A stretch of 28,056 nt of DNA from Verrucomicrobiota bacterium. Lineage in GTDB: Bacteria > Verrucomicrobiota > Verrucomicrobiia > Limisphaerales > Palsa-1400. Of this stretch, positions 1 to 9,584 are shown one piece after another (the stretch's first letter is position 1; the number at the start of each line of letters is the position of its first letter). Below the pieces are notes generated by a model. That model was given only the letters and a program-made list of their open reading frames with translations. It did no database searches and was not told the origin of the DNA. The stretch spans positions 1 through 28,056 of the forward strand of contig JBEKYR010000056.1 of NCBI GenBank assembly GCA_049510745.1. The letters are read 5' to 3'. The translations under genes and the position numbers were made by a program.

Positions 1-387
1 GGAACGGCGCTGGCCAGCTTTGGCGTGACCCATGCGGACGTGACCAGCGGCTGCACCGTGACGCGGACTTACACCATTTCAGCGGCGGACAGTTGCGGCA
101 ACACCGGCTCGGCCACGGTGGTTTACACCTGGACGGTGAACACGACTCCGTTGACGTTGAACAAGGTGCCGCCGGGCGGCAACCTGGGCTGCAATCCGAC
201 GCCTCCGACCGATTACACGGCAACCAACGGAGTGACCGTGACCGCGGCCTGCGGAACGGCGCTGGCCACCTTTGGCGTGACCCATGCGGACGTGACCAGC
301 GGCTGCACCGTGACGCGGACTTACACCATTTCGGCCAAGGATAGTTGCGGCAACACCGGGTCAGCGACGGTGGTCTATACCTGGACG
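1..387 (+). repeat. Intragenic direct repeat, 252-bp period
   Basis: GGAACGGCGCTGGCCA..TTTGGCGTGACCCATGCGGACGTGACCAGCGGCTGCACCGTGACGCGGACTTACACCATTTC starts at 1 and at 253 and is nearly identical over about 80 bp. A more diverged third copy lies at about 520-636. Confidence 0.9.
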
Positions 388-2919
388 GCCAACACCACGC
401 CGCCTGTTCTTAGCAGCGTGCCGACGGGCGGCTATCTGGGATGCAGTTCGTCCAACGCTCCGTCCGATGCGACGATCAAGAGCGCCGTCAGCGCCACCGC
501 CCATTGCGGGACGGCGACCATCACCGTGAGCCACGTGGACGCCACCAATGGTTGCACGGGCAGCCGCACCTTTACGATCACGGCGGCCGATAGCTGCAAC
601 AATACCGCTTCGGCGACGGTGGTCTATACCTGGACGGCCGGCGCTTCGGGGTTGGTCGTGACCTGCCCGCCGAATGTCACGTTCGTCACGAACTTCTGCC
701 GCATGTATTGCACCTTTGGCCCGGGCGATTGGGGCGGTTCGTGCAATGGCGGTTACTATAACAACAACAATTGGTGGCAGAATTGGTGCTCACAAAACTC
801 GTCGTCCCAGTGTGGGTCGTCCTGGAGCAACTGGTGGAACTCCTGCGGCGGCAACAGCCAGGGGAGCAACTGGTGGAATAACTTCACCTCAGATCGTCCG
901 AGCGGCTGGTGCAGCGGCTGGAGCAGCGGCTATCAGCAGGGGAATTGGAATGGCGGCTGGAACAACGGTTGGAATGGCGGCTGGAACAACTACAACCAGG
1001 GATACCAGCAATGGGTGCCGTGCAACGGCAATAACCCCGACACGATCCTGAACAACTGCTTCAGCGGCATTTACTCCGGCTCCTGCAAAATCGGCCAGCC
1101 GGCCGGCGGCTATTGCCTGACCTTCACCTCGGTGAACTCCCTGCAGAGATGCCTCAATTTGACTGGACCGTGCGGCGTCCTCAATGGCAGCGCCGTCAAT
1201 CCGTCCACTTGCAGCGCCGGCAGCTTCTGCGCCCAAGTGCTCGCCCTGCAATTGAACTGCGACTTTGGCGATGGCGGCAACGATTCCCGCTATTTCGGCC
1301 GGTGCGGTGACCTGGTGTACAATGATTCCTCCTCGCCGTGCAACGGCAAGAAAGTGCGCGACATCCTCGGCACCTGCAATAACGTCCTGGGCGGCGGCGC
1401 CTGCCCGCAGGGTTGCTCGGTTCAGTCCTTGTGCGATCTGTGCTCCAACTTCAATCAATGCTTCAAGGGCTGCCAGGTCAGCAGTTGGTGCACCAATCAT
1501 CTTTGCCCGGTTTACATTCCTCCCGTTTCCCTCACCGGCACGGCCACCGTCAGCGACGCTTGCAGCTCCACGAAGTTGACCAACTATGATACCGTGACCG
1601 CCGAAAGCTGCCGGGGAACTTACCTGGTCAGCCGCCTCTGGGTCGCGGTCGATGCTTGCGGCAACAGCAATAGCTGCACCCAGTTGATCACCGTGTCGCA
1701 GACCAATTCCGCCAGCCTGTCGGGCCTCGTGGCGCTGGCTTGCAGCGGCGATACCAACCTGAGCGACAATGAGGGTCTGGCCAACGTCACCGTGACGCTC
1801 GAAGACTCGAATGGAAAGACCGTTGGGACGACGACCACGAGTTCGAGCGGCAGCTACAGCTTCAGCAGCCTGGCTCTCGGAACTTACACCGTGGTGGTGA
1901 CACCGCCGGGCGGCTATACGCAAACGTATCCCGCCAGCGGGAACAATCAAACGTCCGTCACCCTGACGGCTTGCGAGGGTCTGACCGGAGTCAATTTCGC
2001 CTACATTGGCTCAAGCCCCGGCGTTCAACTCATCAAGACCGGCCCCTGCCTGGTGACGAACAAGCAAACCATTACCTATACGTTCGCCGTGACCAATACC
2101 GGCAACACCTGCGAGACGTTGACGGTGACTGATCCGCTCTTGGGCGGGACAATCTTCACCCAGAGCAGCGTGGCGCCGGGACAAGGCTTCGTGTTCACCG
2201 CCAAATTCGTGGTGTCGCAAACGAACGGATGCCTGACCAATACCGCCACGGCCACCGGCACGCCGCCGACCGGCACGCCCGTGACCAGCACTTCCACGAC
2301 GGTGGCCGTCGTTACCACCAAATGCAGCACGCGGACGATTTGCGGGAATTTCAACTCGCAGAATCCTTACGGCGGCTGGGTCTGGTGCAACGCCCATGTC
2401 AGCGCCAACCCCGGCAAGAAATGCACCGTCTATTGCCAAAACGCTTCCGTGACCCTGACCTGCAACGATGGCAAGACCTACACCTATCCCGTGCCCGATT
2501 GCCAGATCAACTTCAGCCCCAATTGTTCCACCGGCAGTTGTTCCTTCGACGGCACGAAATGGACCACGACGCTGCCGTGCAACGGCGACGACGAGATCTT
2601 CCTCTCCGGCTGCGGAATCCCGTGGCAGTCGGACTTTGCCAATTGCCACCAGGTTTGCTGGACGGGAACGTTCTGTTCGGACACTCCGGGGACCAGTTGC
2701 AACTGGCAATGGAGCGCGGCCTGCTATAACACCGACTTGAGCAACTGCGGATCGGTCAGCGTCAAACCCTGCCATCAAACTTACTGCGGTTACCCGGGCG
2801 GCGACCACGCGGGAACGCCCGAGAATTGCAAATCCTATGTCCAGGGCGGCGCTTGCGGCGGCGGCGGCAGCAACTATACCGGTTCCTGGTCGAGCACCGA
2901 CTCCTTCACCTGCAACTAA
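1..2919 (+). CDS. Large Cys/Trp-rich repeat protein, probably extracellular (HYR-like repeats, SdrD-B/Cna-B-like domain, DUF11-like domain, Cys-rich C-terminal domain); 5'-truncated
   Basis: Frame is open from base 1 to TAA at 2919. Contains 84-aa repeats ending TYTISAxDSCGNTGSATVVYTWT, a Cna-B-like GLANVTVTL...TTTSSSGSYSF..L..GTYTV segment and an IKTGP...TITYTFAVTNTGN segment. About 69 Cys in 964 aa (hand count). Confidence 0.85.
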   Translation, partial: GTALASFGVTHADVTSGCTVTRTYTISAADSCGNTGSATVVYTWTVNTTPLTLNKVPPGGNLGCNPTPPTDYTATNGVTVTAACGTALATFGVTHADVTSGCTVTRTYTISAKDSCGNTGSATVVYTWTANTTPPVLSSVPTGGYLGCSSSNAPSDATIKSAVSATAHCGTATITVSHVDATNGCTGSRTFTITAADSCNNTASATVVYTWTAGASGLVVTCPPNVTFVTNFCRMYCTFGPGDWGGSCNGGYYNNNNWWQNWCSQNSSSQCGSSWSNWWNSCGGNSQGSNWWNNFTSDRPSGWCSGWSSGYQQGNWNGGWNNGWNGGWNNYNQGYQQWVPCNGNNPDTILNNCFSGIYSGSCKIGQPAGGYCLTFTSVNSLQRCLNLTGPCGVLNGSAVNPSTCSAGSFCAQVLALQLNCDFGDGGNDSRYFGRCGDLVYNDSSSPCNGKKVRDILGTCNNVLGGGACPQGCSVQSLCDLCSNFNQCFKGCQVSSWCTNHLCPVYIPPVSLTGTATVSDACSSTKLTNYDTVTAESCRGTYLVSRLWVAVDACGNSNSCTQLITVSQTNSASLSGLVALACSGDTNLSDNEGLANVTVTLEDSNGKTVGTTTTSSSGSYSFSSLALGTYTVVVTPPGGYTQTYPASGNNQTSVTLTACEGLTGVNFAYIGSSPGVQLIKTGPCLVTNKQTITYTFAVTNTGNTCETLTVTDPLLGGTIFTQSSVAPGQGFVFTAKFVVSQTNGCLTNTATATGTPPTGTPVTSTSTTVAVVTTKCSTRTICGNFNSQNPYGGWVWCNAHVSANPGKKCTVYCQNASVTLTCNDGKTYTYPVPDCQINFSPNCSTGSCSFDGTKWTTTLPCNGDDEIFLSGCGIPWQSDFANCHQVCWTGTFCSDTPGTSCNWQWSAACYNTDLSNCGSVSVKPCHQTYCGYPGGDHAGTPENCKSYVQGGACGGGGSNYTGSWSSTDSFTCN

Positions 2920-2920
2920 T

Positions 2921-4471
2921 CTAGCGGACCGGCAGGTCGATGTGGTTCTGGACGAGGGTGGCGCCCTCGTCCAGCGACAGTTGTTCCAGCGCGATGTTGT
3001 AATCCGCCAGGGCGCGGATTTCCGACGAACGCGCGGACGTGAGGTTGTTCTGGAGTTGGAGGACAACAAAACTGGTGCTCTTGCCATGCTCCAGTTTCAT
3101 CTGCTCCGCCCGCAAGGCATCCTCCGCGTAGAGCCGGGCCTTGCGCGTCGAATCGACCTTCAATAAATCGGATTGCACCGTCTTGACGTCGTTATCGATC
3201 GCCGCGACAATCGATTGCTCGACTTTCTTGGCCTGCAACAAAAGCTGCTCCAGGCCCGCCTTGGCCGATTTGTAATTATTGCGCGGGCCGCTGTTGCCGA
3301 GCGGAATGGTCATGGCGACGCCGTAGGAGTAGAAGGGATAGGTCCCCTGGCGGATGCTGTCCAGGTTGTTGTTGAGGGTGAGCGCGGTGGCGTTGCGCCC
3401 GTAACTTCCTGTCAAATCAATTTCCGGAAAGAGCTGGTTGAAGGTGTATTTGATGGTGAGGTGCTGCTTTTCGATGCTCAGTTTGGCCTGGAGCATGTCC
3501 GGGCGCTGTTCCAGGCCGGTCCGCCAGCATTCCTGCACCTCGGGATGGGCAGGCACCGCCACCAACTGTTCCGACGGCACGGGGACCGTGTCCTCCCACT
3601 GGCCCATCGGCACCGCCAGCAGGGTTTTGACCGAGTTCTCCTGCACCGCCAGATTGGCCTCGGCGGTCAGGAGGTCCGAGCGGGCGCTGGCCGCCTGCGA
3701 TTCCGCCTGCTTTTCGTCCAGGGGCGCCAGGGCGCCGACCCGCACCCTTTGTTCATCCTCGTGAAAGGTTTCCTCCGCCAGTTCCACCGCGGCCTCCTCC
3801 ACCTTCACGTTCTCGCGGGCGTAGATGAGGTTGTAGTAGGCGGCCTTGACGTTGTTGATCACCGTCATGATTTGAAGGCGCAGGGCCAGTTGATCGTTCT
3901 TGAGGGTCTTCTTGCCCAGCGAAATCTGATACCGCGTGTTGTCGATCCAGAAGTTCTTCAACAGCGGCTGCGACAGGGTGATGCCCGGATCGCTGCTGTA
4001 AAGGTCCGGTGCTCCCTTGACATTCTGTTCCGACAGCGGGCCGGTGATATTGTAGGTCAGCCCCGAAGGCAGGACGCCCGAAAGGCCCGGCGTGTAGGAA
4101 TTGATCTGTTCGATGGTGGCGGGATAGGCCAGGCCGGCCTGGGTGAAGTAGCCGGAGGGAAACGAGTCGTAATTATGCGACATCGAGTACGTCAGCGAGG
4201 GTTGGTAGGCCCCGTAAAGGCCGTTCAGCGCGTACTGGTCCATCTGCGGATTGATGCGGCTGATCCGAATATCCAGGTTGTTGGTCAACGCCATCCGGAT
4301 CGCCTCGTCGATGCCCAGCACCCACGTCTTTTTCGCCGGCGGCGGGGTTTGCTGCGCGGCGGCGCCGTTCCAGTCGTGAAGAAGGCACAATGCGCAGAGC
4401 GCGGCGAGAACCGGTTTGGGCAAAGGTTTAAGCACCATAAGAGTCAGAGTGTTAGCGTTGCTGTTATTCAT
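2921..4471 (-). CDS. TolC-family outer membrane efflux protein
   Basis: Hydrophobic signal region, LGIDEAIRMALTNNLDI, TLSQPLL, VKAAYYNL, and C-terminal GKSTSFVVLQLQ...ADYNIA. Start placed at ATG 4471, overlapping the permease stop. Confidence 0.9.
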   Translation of the reverse strand: MNNSNANTLTLMVLKPLPKPVLAALCALCLLHDWNGAAAQQTPPPAKKTWVLGIDEAIRMALTNNLDIRISRINPQMDQYALNGLYGAYQPSLTYSMSHNYDSFPSGYFTQAGLAYPATIEQINSYTPGLSGVLPSGLTYNITGPLSEQNVKGAPDLYSSDPGITLSQPLLKNFWIDNTRYQISLGKKTLKNDQLALRLQIMTVINNVKAAYYNLIYARENVKVEEAAVELAEETFHEDEQRVRVGALAPLDEKQAESQAASARSDLLTAEANLAVQENSVKTLLAVPMGQWEDTVPVPSEQLVAVPAHPEVQECWRTGLEQRPDMLQAKLSIEKQHLTIKYTFNQLFPEIDLTGSYGRNATALTLNNNLDSIRQGTYPFYSYGVAMTIPLGNSGPRNNYKSAKAGLEQLLLQAKKVEQSIVAAIDNDVKTVQSDLLKVDSTRKARLYAEDALRAEQMKLEHGKSTSFVVLQLQNNLTSARSSEIRALADYNIALEQLSLDEGATLVQNHIDLPVR

Positions 4472-5726
4472 AGCGCAAGGATTCAATCGGATCCAAATTG
4501 GCCGCTTTATAGGCCGGGTAGGTTCCAAAAATGATGCCCACCAGCGAGCAAATCCCCAATCCGATCAGGACCCAGTCCAGCGGAAAGACTTTTGGCAGGT
4601 GCAAAAAATACGCGATGAGGTCGCCGCCCGTCACGCCGAGCACCACGCCGGCCGCGCCGCCCAACTCGCACAGCACCACCGCCTCCATGATGAATTGCGC
4701 CATGATGCTGCGCTTCTTGGCGCCGACGGCCCGGCGGATGCCGATCTCGCGGGTGCGTTCGGTGACGGACACAAGCATGATGTTCATGATGCCGATGCCC
4801 GCCGCGATCAGGGCGATGGAGCTGATCAAGGCGATGGCGATGCGCAGCTTGAAGGTGAACGACTTCATTTGTTCGATCATGGAATCGGCGGAGACAATCT
4901 CAAAATCATCCGGCTGTCCGGGCGGCACTTTCCGTATCTGCCGCATGATGCCGCGCACTTGATCGACGGTGTCGTCGTATTCCGCCGGGCCGCGGGCCTG
5001 GATGAGAATGCTCAGATTGAGCCAGCGTTTGTCCTCGTAGCGGGTGATTCCGGTGGTGATCGGGATGAGGGCGAAGTTGTCTTGGTGGCCGCCCTCCATC
5101 GTGCCTTTGGATTCGAGCACGCCGACCACGGTATATTTGACGCCGCTAAAGCTGACCCGTTCGTCCAGGGGCGAGCCGTAGGGAAACAAGTCCCTTGCCA
5201 GGCTGTTGCCCAGCACGCAAACGTCGCGCTGGCTGTCCATGTCGCTTTCCAGCAAAGCCCGCCCTTCCGCGATCGTCCAGTTCTGGGCGGGAAAGCTGCC
5301 GGGGGTTTCCCCCGTCAACCAGACCGACGGCGGTCCTTTGGAGTAGCGCGAACTCATCGGGCCGACTTTCAGCCCCCCGTCTTCCAGCCCAACGTTCAAC
5401 GCCAGCGTCGCGCGCCGCGCCACTTCCATCCCCTGTTGGACGTTGATCCGTTTGCGCCGCCAGTACTTTTGATAGCCTTCCGGCCCCCCGATATAAATGG
5501 CGGGCCAGGTTTGCACGATGAAAGTCTGGCCGCCCAGTTGGTTCAGCTCGGACTCGATGTTCTGCTGCATGGCGCGCATCGAGGTCATGACGACGATGAT
5601 GGAAAAGACGCCGACCAGCACGCCGAGCAGGGTCAGGGCGGAGCGCAGCTTGTGCGCCACGACCGCCCCGATGGCCATGAAGAAGCTCTCCTTCAATTCC
5701 GCCCGGAAAACGCTCAGTGCTCGCAT
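4464..5726 (-). CDS. MacB/FtsX-like ABC transporter permease
   Basis: [59 protein letters not shown]. Confidence 0.93.
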   Translation of the reverse strand: MRALSVFRAELKESFFMAIGAVVAHKLRSALTLLGVLVGVFSIIVVMTSMRAMQQNIESELNQLGGQTFIVQTWPAIYIGGPEGYQKYWRRKRINVQQGMEVARRATLALNVGLEDGGLKVGPMSSRYSKGPPSVWLTGETPGSFPAQNWTIAEGRALLESDMDSQRDVCVLGNSLARDLFPYGSPLDERVSFSGVKYTVVGVLESKGTMEGGHQDNFALIPITTGITRYEDKRWLNLSILIQARGPAEYDDTVDQVRGIMRQIRKVPPGQPDDFEIVSADSMIEQMKSFTFKLRIAIALISSIALIAAGIGIMNIMLVSVTERTREIGIRRAVGAKKRSIMAQFIMEAVVLCELGGAAGVVLGVTGGDLIAYFLHLPKVFPLDWVLIGLGICSLVGIIFGTYPAYKAANLDPIESLRYE

Positions 5727-5739
5727 GGCGCTCTTCTCC

Positions 5740-6978
5740 TCATTCGTTGCGCAACGCATCCACCGGGTTCATCCGGGCCGCCCGCCAGGCCGGCAAAAAC
5801 CCCGACGTCACGCCCGTCATGACCGAGGTCACGATGGCCAGGCACATGACCGGCAGGGACATCGTCACCGGAAAATAGGGAAAGACCCGGCCCACCAGCA
5901 GCGTCAACAAGTAGGTAATGCTCAGCCCGGCCAGCCCGCCGATCAAACAGATCGCCGCCGCCTCGATGAGGAATTGCAGCAGGATGGTGCGCCGCTTGGC
6001 CCCGATCGCCTTGCGCACCCCGATCTCGCGCGTCCGTTCCGCCACCGAGACAAACATAATGTTCATGATGCCGATGCCCCCCACGAACAACGACATCCCC
6101 GTGATGAGCAGGCCGACGGTCGCGATCGTGCCCGTCACGCGGTCAAAGGTCTTGATGAATTGTTCCTGCTGGTTGATGGCAAAATCATCCGGGTCGGAGG
6201 GCGCGACGTGGCGGATTTTCCGCATCACCCCGCGCAACTCCTCCTTGGCGTCCTCCAGATGGTCCAACTGGTTGACTTTCACCTGGATCTCGAAATCGGG
6301 GCGCCGCCAGTAGCCGATCAACAACTGCTGGATGGGAATGATGACTTCATTGTCAAAGCTCTCCATCCCCAGAAAACTGCCCCGCTTCTCCAGCACGCCG
6401 ATCACTTCCAGGCGGCGCGCGCCGATTTTGATCTTCTTGCCGAGGGGGGACTCGCGCAGGAAGAGATTGGTGGCCACGTCGTTGCCAATAATGCAGACCG
6501 GCCGTCCGCCCTCAGCCTCGGCCGCGGTCATGAACCGCCCCTGCGCCACGTCGAACCCGCTGGTGATCGGAAACTGTTCGGTGGTGCCGATGATCTGCAC
6601 CTGGCTGGAGCGCCGGTTTTTATACCAGACCGCCTGTCCGATGCCGACCGCCGGCGCAACGGCTTTGGCCAGGAGCATCTGCTTTTCCACCTGGCGCACC
6701 TGTTCGCGCGTGATGGGGCGCCGCTTGCGTTCCTTGAGCCAGTCCTCAAACGAATGGTTCACCCAGCTCTGCCTGCTGACAAAAAGCACGTCCGCCCCAA
6801 GAATGGAAATGCTGTCATGAAAGGCCCGGTTCAAGGCGTCGATGGCCGTCGCCATCGAAGTCACCGTCACAATCCCAATGATGATCCCCAGCGTCGTCAG
6901 GATCGAACGCAGCTTGTTGGCGCGGATCGCGTCCCACGCAATGCTCAATCCTTCTTTGAGTTCGATGAAAAAATTCAC
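5740..6978 (-). CDS. MacB/FtsX-like ABC transporter permease (second paralogue)
   Basis: [64 protein letters not shown] start overlaps the ATPase stop. Confidence 0.93.
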   Translation of the reverse strand: MNFFIELKEGLSIAWDAIRANKLRSILTTLGIIIGIVTVTSMATAIDALNRAFHDSISILGADVLFVSRQSWVNHSFEDWLKERKRRPITREQVRQVEKQMLLAKAVAPAVGIGQAVWYKNRRSSQVQIIGTTEQFPITSGFDVAQGRFMTAAEAEGGRPVCIIGNDVATNLFLRESPLGKKIKIGARRLEVIGVLEKRGSFLGMESFDNEVIIPIQQLLIGYWRRPDFEIQVKVNQLDHLEDAKEELRGVMRKIRHVAPSDPDDFAINQQEQFIKTFDRVTGTIATVGLLITGMSLFVGGIGIMNIMFVSVAERTREIGVRKAIGAKRRTILLQFLIEAAAICLIGGLAGLSITYLLTLLVGRVFPYFPVTMSLPVMCLAIVTSVMTGVTSGFLPAWRAARMNPVDALRNE

Positions 6979-7673
6979 GGCGCGGGGGGGTGCGTGTTGC
7001 CGGAGTCATCCGCGATCAGCCCGTCTCGAATGCGCACGATGCGCCGGGCGTGCCGGGCGACCTCCTCTTCGTGAGTCACGATGAATATGGTGTTCCCCTT
7101 GTCGGACAGCACCCGCAACAGGGCCATGATTTCCTCGCCCGTCTTCGAATCCAGATTGCCCGTCGGCTCGTCCGCCAGAATGATCGACGGCGCGTTGACC
7201 AGGGCGCGGGCGATGGCCACGCGCTGGCGCTGGCCGCCGGACAGTTCATTGGGCTTATGATGGATGCGGTCGGCCAGCCCGACGCTCGTCAGGGCTTTCA
7301 ACGCCGTTTCCTCGCGCTCGTCGGCGGTCATGCCGGCGTAAATCAAGGGCAACTCGACGTTGCGCAACGCATTGGACCGCGGCAGCAGATTGAACGTTTG
7401 AAAGATAAAGCCGATTTCCCGGTTGCGGATTTCCGCCAGTTGATTGTCGTCCAGTTCGCTCACCTTGGCCCCGTTCAACTCGTAGCTCCCGCTGCTGCAC
7501 GTGTCCAGGCATCCCAGCAGGTTCATCAACGTCGATTTGCCCGAACCCGACGGCCCCATGATCGCCACGTATTCGCCCCGCTCCACCTCCAGGGTAATGT
7601 TGCGCAGGGCGTGGATGGTTTCCGTGCCCATTTGGTAGAGCCGGGAGATATTTTGGAGGCGAATCAGACTCAC
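6975..7673 (-). CDS. ABC transporter ATP-binding protein (MacB/LolD type)
   Basis: Walker [10 protein letters not shown], signature [15 protein letters not shown], Walker [15 protein letters not shown]-loop VTHE. Confidence 0.95.
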   Translation of the reverse strand: MSLIRLQNISRLYQMGTETIHALRNITLEVERGEYVAIMGPSGSGKSTLMNLLGCLDTCSSGSYELNGAKVSELDDNQLAEIRNREIGFIFQTFNLLPRSNALRNVELPLIYAGMTADEREETALKALTSVGLADRIHHKPNELSGGQRQRVAIARALVNAPSIILADEPTGNLDSKTGEEIMALLRVLSDKGNTIFIVTHEEEVARHARRIVRIRDGLIADDSGNTHPPAP

Positions 7674-7687
7674 CGCGCTTCCGGGGT

Positions 7688-9184
7688 TCAGTAGGTCTTG
7701 GTTTCTTTGTCCTGGCCGGCCACCTGGACGTTGACCACCACCTTCTTGCCATCTTCCAGATCGCGATTGATCGCTTTGTACCCGCCGGACACCACCTCGT
7801 TGGTCTCGCTCAACCCTTCGACGATTTCCACGTAGTTGTCGTCGCTGATGCCGCGCTTGACCGGCGTCATCTTGACATGGTCGCCTTCCACCAAAAACAC
7901 CACCTCGATCGGTTTGGGCGCTTCGTCGGGCTTCTTTTGACTGGCGGCATTGGTGCCGCTGGCGATATTGGTGCCGCTGGCAATGTTGGTGCCGCTGGCG
8001 ATATTGGTGCCGCTGGCGATATTGGTGCGGCTGGCGATATTGGTGCGGCTGGCGATATTGGTGCGGCTGGCGATATTGGTGCTGCTGGCGATATTGGTGC
8101 CGCCGGCGATATTGGTGCGACCGGCGCCGTTGGTGCCGGCCACGAGGGCTGGCGCATTGGTCTTGGCGGGATTGTTCGTCCCAGGCAGCCGGGTCGTCAC
8201 GCTTTGGATCGGAATGGTCAGCACGTTGCTGCGGTAGCGGGTTTCGATGTCCCCCGTCACCGACATTCCCGGCAGGAACACCTCCTTCTCCGCTATGCGG
8301 ATTTTGACCTGGAATTTTGTGGCGTCCGTGCTGCTGGAACTGGACGCGGCTGTCGTCGTGGTGTCGTTATTATTGGCGGAGTTGGCAATTTCGGTGACGA
8401 CGCCGTTGAACTTCTGGTCTTTGAAGGAATCGACTTCCAGCTTGGCCTTTTGCCCAATTTGGATCAACGGCACGTCAATCTCCCCAATATCGACCCGCGC
8501 TTCCATCGCGCTTAAATCCGCCACCGTCATGATCTCGGTCCCGGCATATTGCGCGGTGCCGACCACCCGCTCGCCCAGTTGCGAATTCAATTTGCTTACC
8601 GTGCCCGTCAACGGCGAATAGACCGTCGTCTTGAGCAGGTCCGCCGCCGCCGAATCCAACTGCGCCCGCGCGATGCTGACTTGTTCGACGGCGCCGGCCA
8701 CCGTGGACTTGGCCACGTCACAGGCGGTTTTAGCCGTCAGAAAATCCGACTCGGAAATCAGCTTCGCTTTGAACAGGGCGTCGTTGCGCTTGAATTCCAG
8801 GTCCGCCTTCTCCAGGTTGGCGGCGGCGGTGTCGCGGTTGGCCACCGAAAAGTTGTAATTGGCCGCGGCGGAATTGCTCGCCGCAAGGTAATTGTCCGGC
8901 CTGATCTTGAACAAAAGGTCCCCCTTTTTCACGTTTTGCCCCTCTTTGACGGCCAGGACAATGATCTCGCCCGAAACTTCGGGGCTGATTTTGACCTGGA
9001 GAACCGGCTGGATCTTCCCGTTGGCCACCACCACCTCCGTCAGGTTGCGCCGCGCCACCTTCTCCTTGGCGATGGCAATGGGCGGATCGCGTTTGGCGAG
9101 TTTGTTCCACGCCACGCCGCCCGCGGCCAGCACCACGATTATCGAGAAAACTATGTACTTCTTTTTGCTTTTTTTCTTTGCCAT
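7688..9184 (-). CDS. Periplasmic adaptor / membrane fusion protein (MacA/YknX-like)
   Basis: Basic N-terminus plus TM anchor, ISPEVSGEI...[13 protein letters not shown], helical hairpin, [30 protein letters not shown]. Confidence 0.93.
   Translation of the reverse strand: MAKKKSKKKYIVFSIIVVLAAGGVAWNKLAKRDPPIAIAKEKVARRNLTEVVVANGKIQPVLQVKISPEVSGEIIVLAVKEGQNVKKGDLLFKIRPDNYLAASNSAAANYNFSVANRDTAAANLEKADLEFKRNDALFKAKLISESDFLTAKTACDVAKSTVAGAVEQVSIARAQLDSAAADLLKTTVYSPLTGTVSKLNSQLGERVVGTAQYAGTEIMTVADLSAMEARVDIGEIDVPLIQIGQKAKLEVDSFKDQKFNGVVTEIANSANNNDTTTTAASSSSSTDATKFQVKIRIAEKEVFLPGMSVTGDIETRYRSNVLTIPIQSVTTRLPGTNNPAKTNAPALVAGTNGAGRTNIAGGTNIASSTNIASRTNIASRTNIASRTNIASGTNIASGTNIASGTNIASGTNAASQKKPDEAPKPIEVVFLVEGDHVKMTPVKRGISDDNYVEIVEGLSETNEVVSGGYKAINRDLEDGKKVVVNVQVAGQDKETKTY
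7941..8138. repeat. In-frame 18-bp tandem repeat, 11 copies, encoding (G/R/S)TNIAS
   Basis: Unit CTGGCGATATTGGTGCCG and close variants repeated 11 times inside the adaptor gene. Confidence 0.95.
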
Positions 9185-9292
9185 CGGCCGTTCCTACTTG
9201 AATAGACAGTTTGCCGCGCGAAAAGTTTCAGCGGAATTTCCCGCCCGCCGGCCGCGCGCCGCCAGGCGCCCCTTTCCATGTATTATATGGGA

Positions 9293-9319
9293 TACGCGCC
9301 GGAACACCCTTCGGTTACA
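9293..9319 (-). promoter_or_regulatory. Putative ECF-sigma promoter of the efflux operon
   Basis: Minus strand reads TGTAAC-N17-CGTA about 110 bp upstream of the adaptor start. A TATAAT lies at 9287-9282 but has no matching -35. Confidence 0.4.
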
Positions 9320-9496
9320 CTTTTTTCCTTCTTTCACCATCGTGAAGCCGGACTTGCTCCACCACCTCCAAAAACCCGGCTGAACGTTGCATGTCCCAGA
9401 ATAGCGGCCCGCCCGCGCCCGGCGCAACATGAATTCCGCGCCCTCTTTTTGCGTCTATGACCTTTGTCAGCCCGGCGTGCTCCGGTCAAATGCCGC

Positions 9497-9524
9497 TTGC
9501 CAACGGCGGTTTTAGGCGTACGCT
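9497..9524 (+). promoter_or_regulatory. Putative sigma-70 promoter
   Basis: TTGCCA-N16-TACGCT upstream of the GGAGGAG RBS and ATG at 9585. Confidence 0.35.
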
Positions 9525-9584
9525 GGGAATGGGTTGAAGGGCAAGCATTTGAAAACCGGCCCGCAAGGCCGGAGGAGTTGAAAT

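Noticed and set aside
2321..2919. Multiheme cytochrome or RiPP precursor
   Set aside because: No CxxCH motifs and no modification enzymes nearby.
7941..8138. CRISPR array
   Set aside because: Units are contiguous with no unique spacers, lie in frame within a gene, and no cas genes are present.
1..9184. Giant protein as type I secretion substrate of the adjacent TolC/ABC system
   Set aside because: The transporter is MacB-type rather than HlyB-type, the genes are convergent, and no RTX nonapeptide repeats are seen.
3173..9205. Long + strand ORFs (453, 468, 525 aa and others) opposite the efflux operon
   Set aside because: These are antisense shadows typical of high-GC coding DNA with no motifs. 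The same applies to 10955-12382, 14165-15589, 20332-21999 and 27041-27925.
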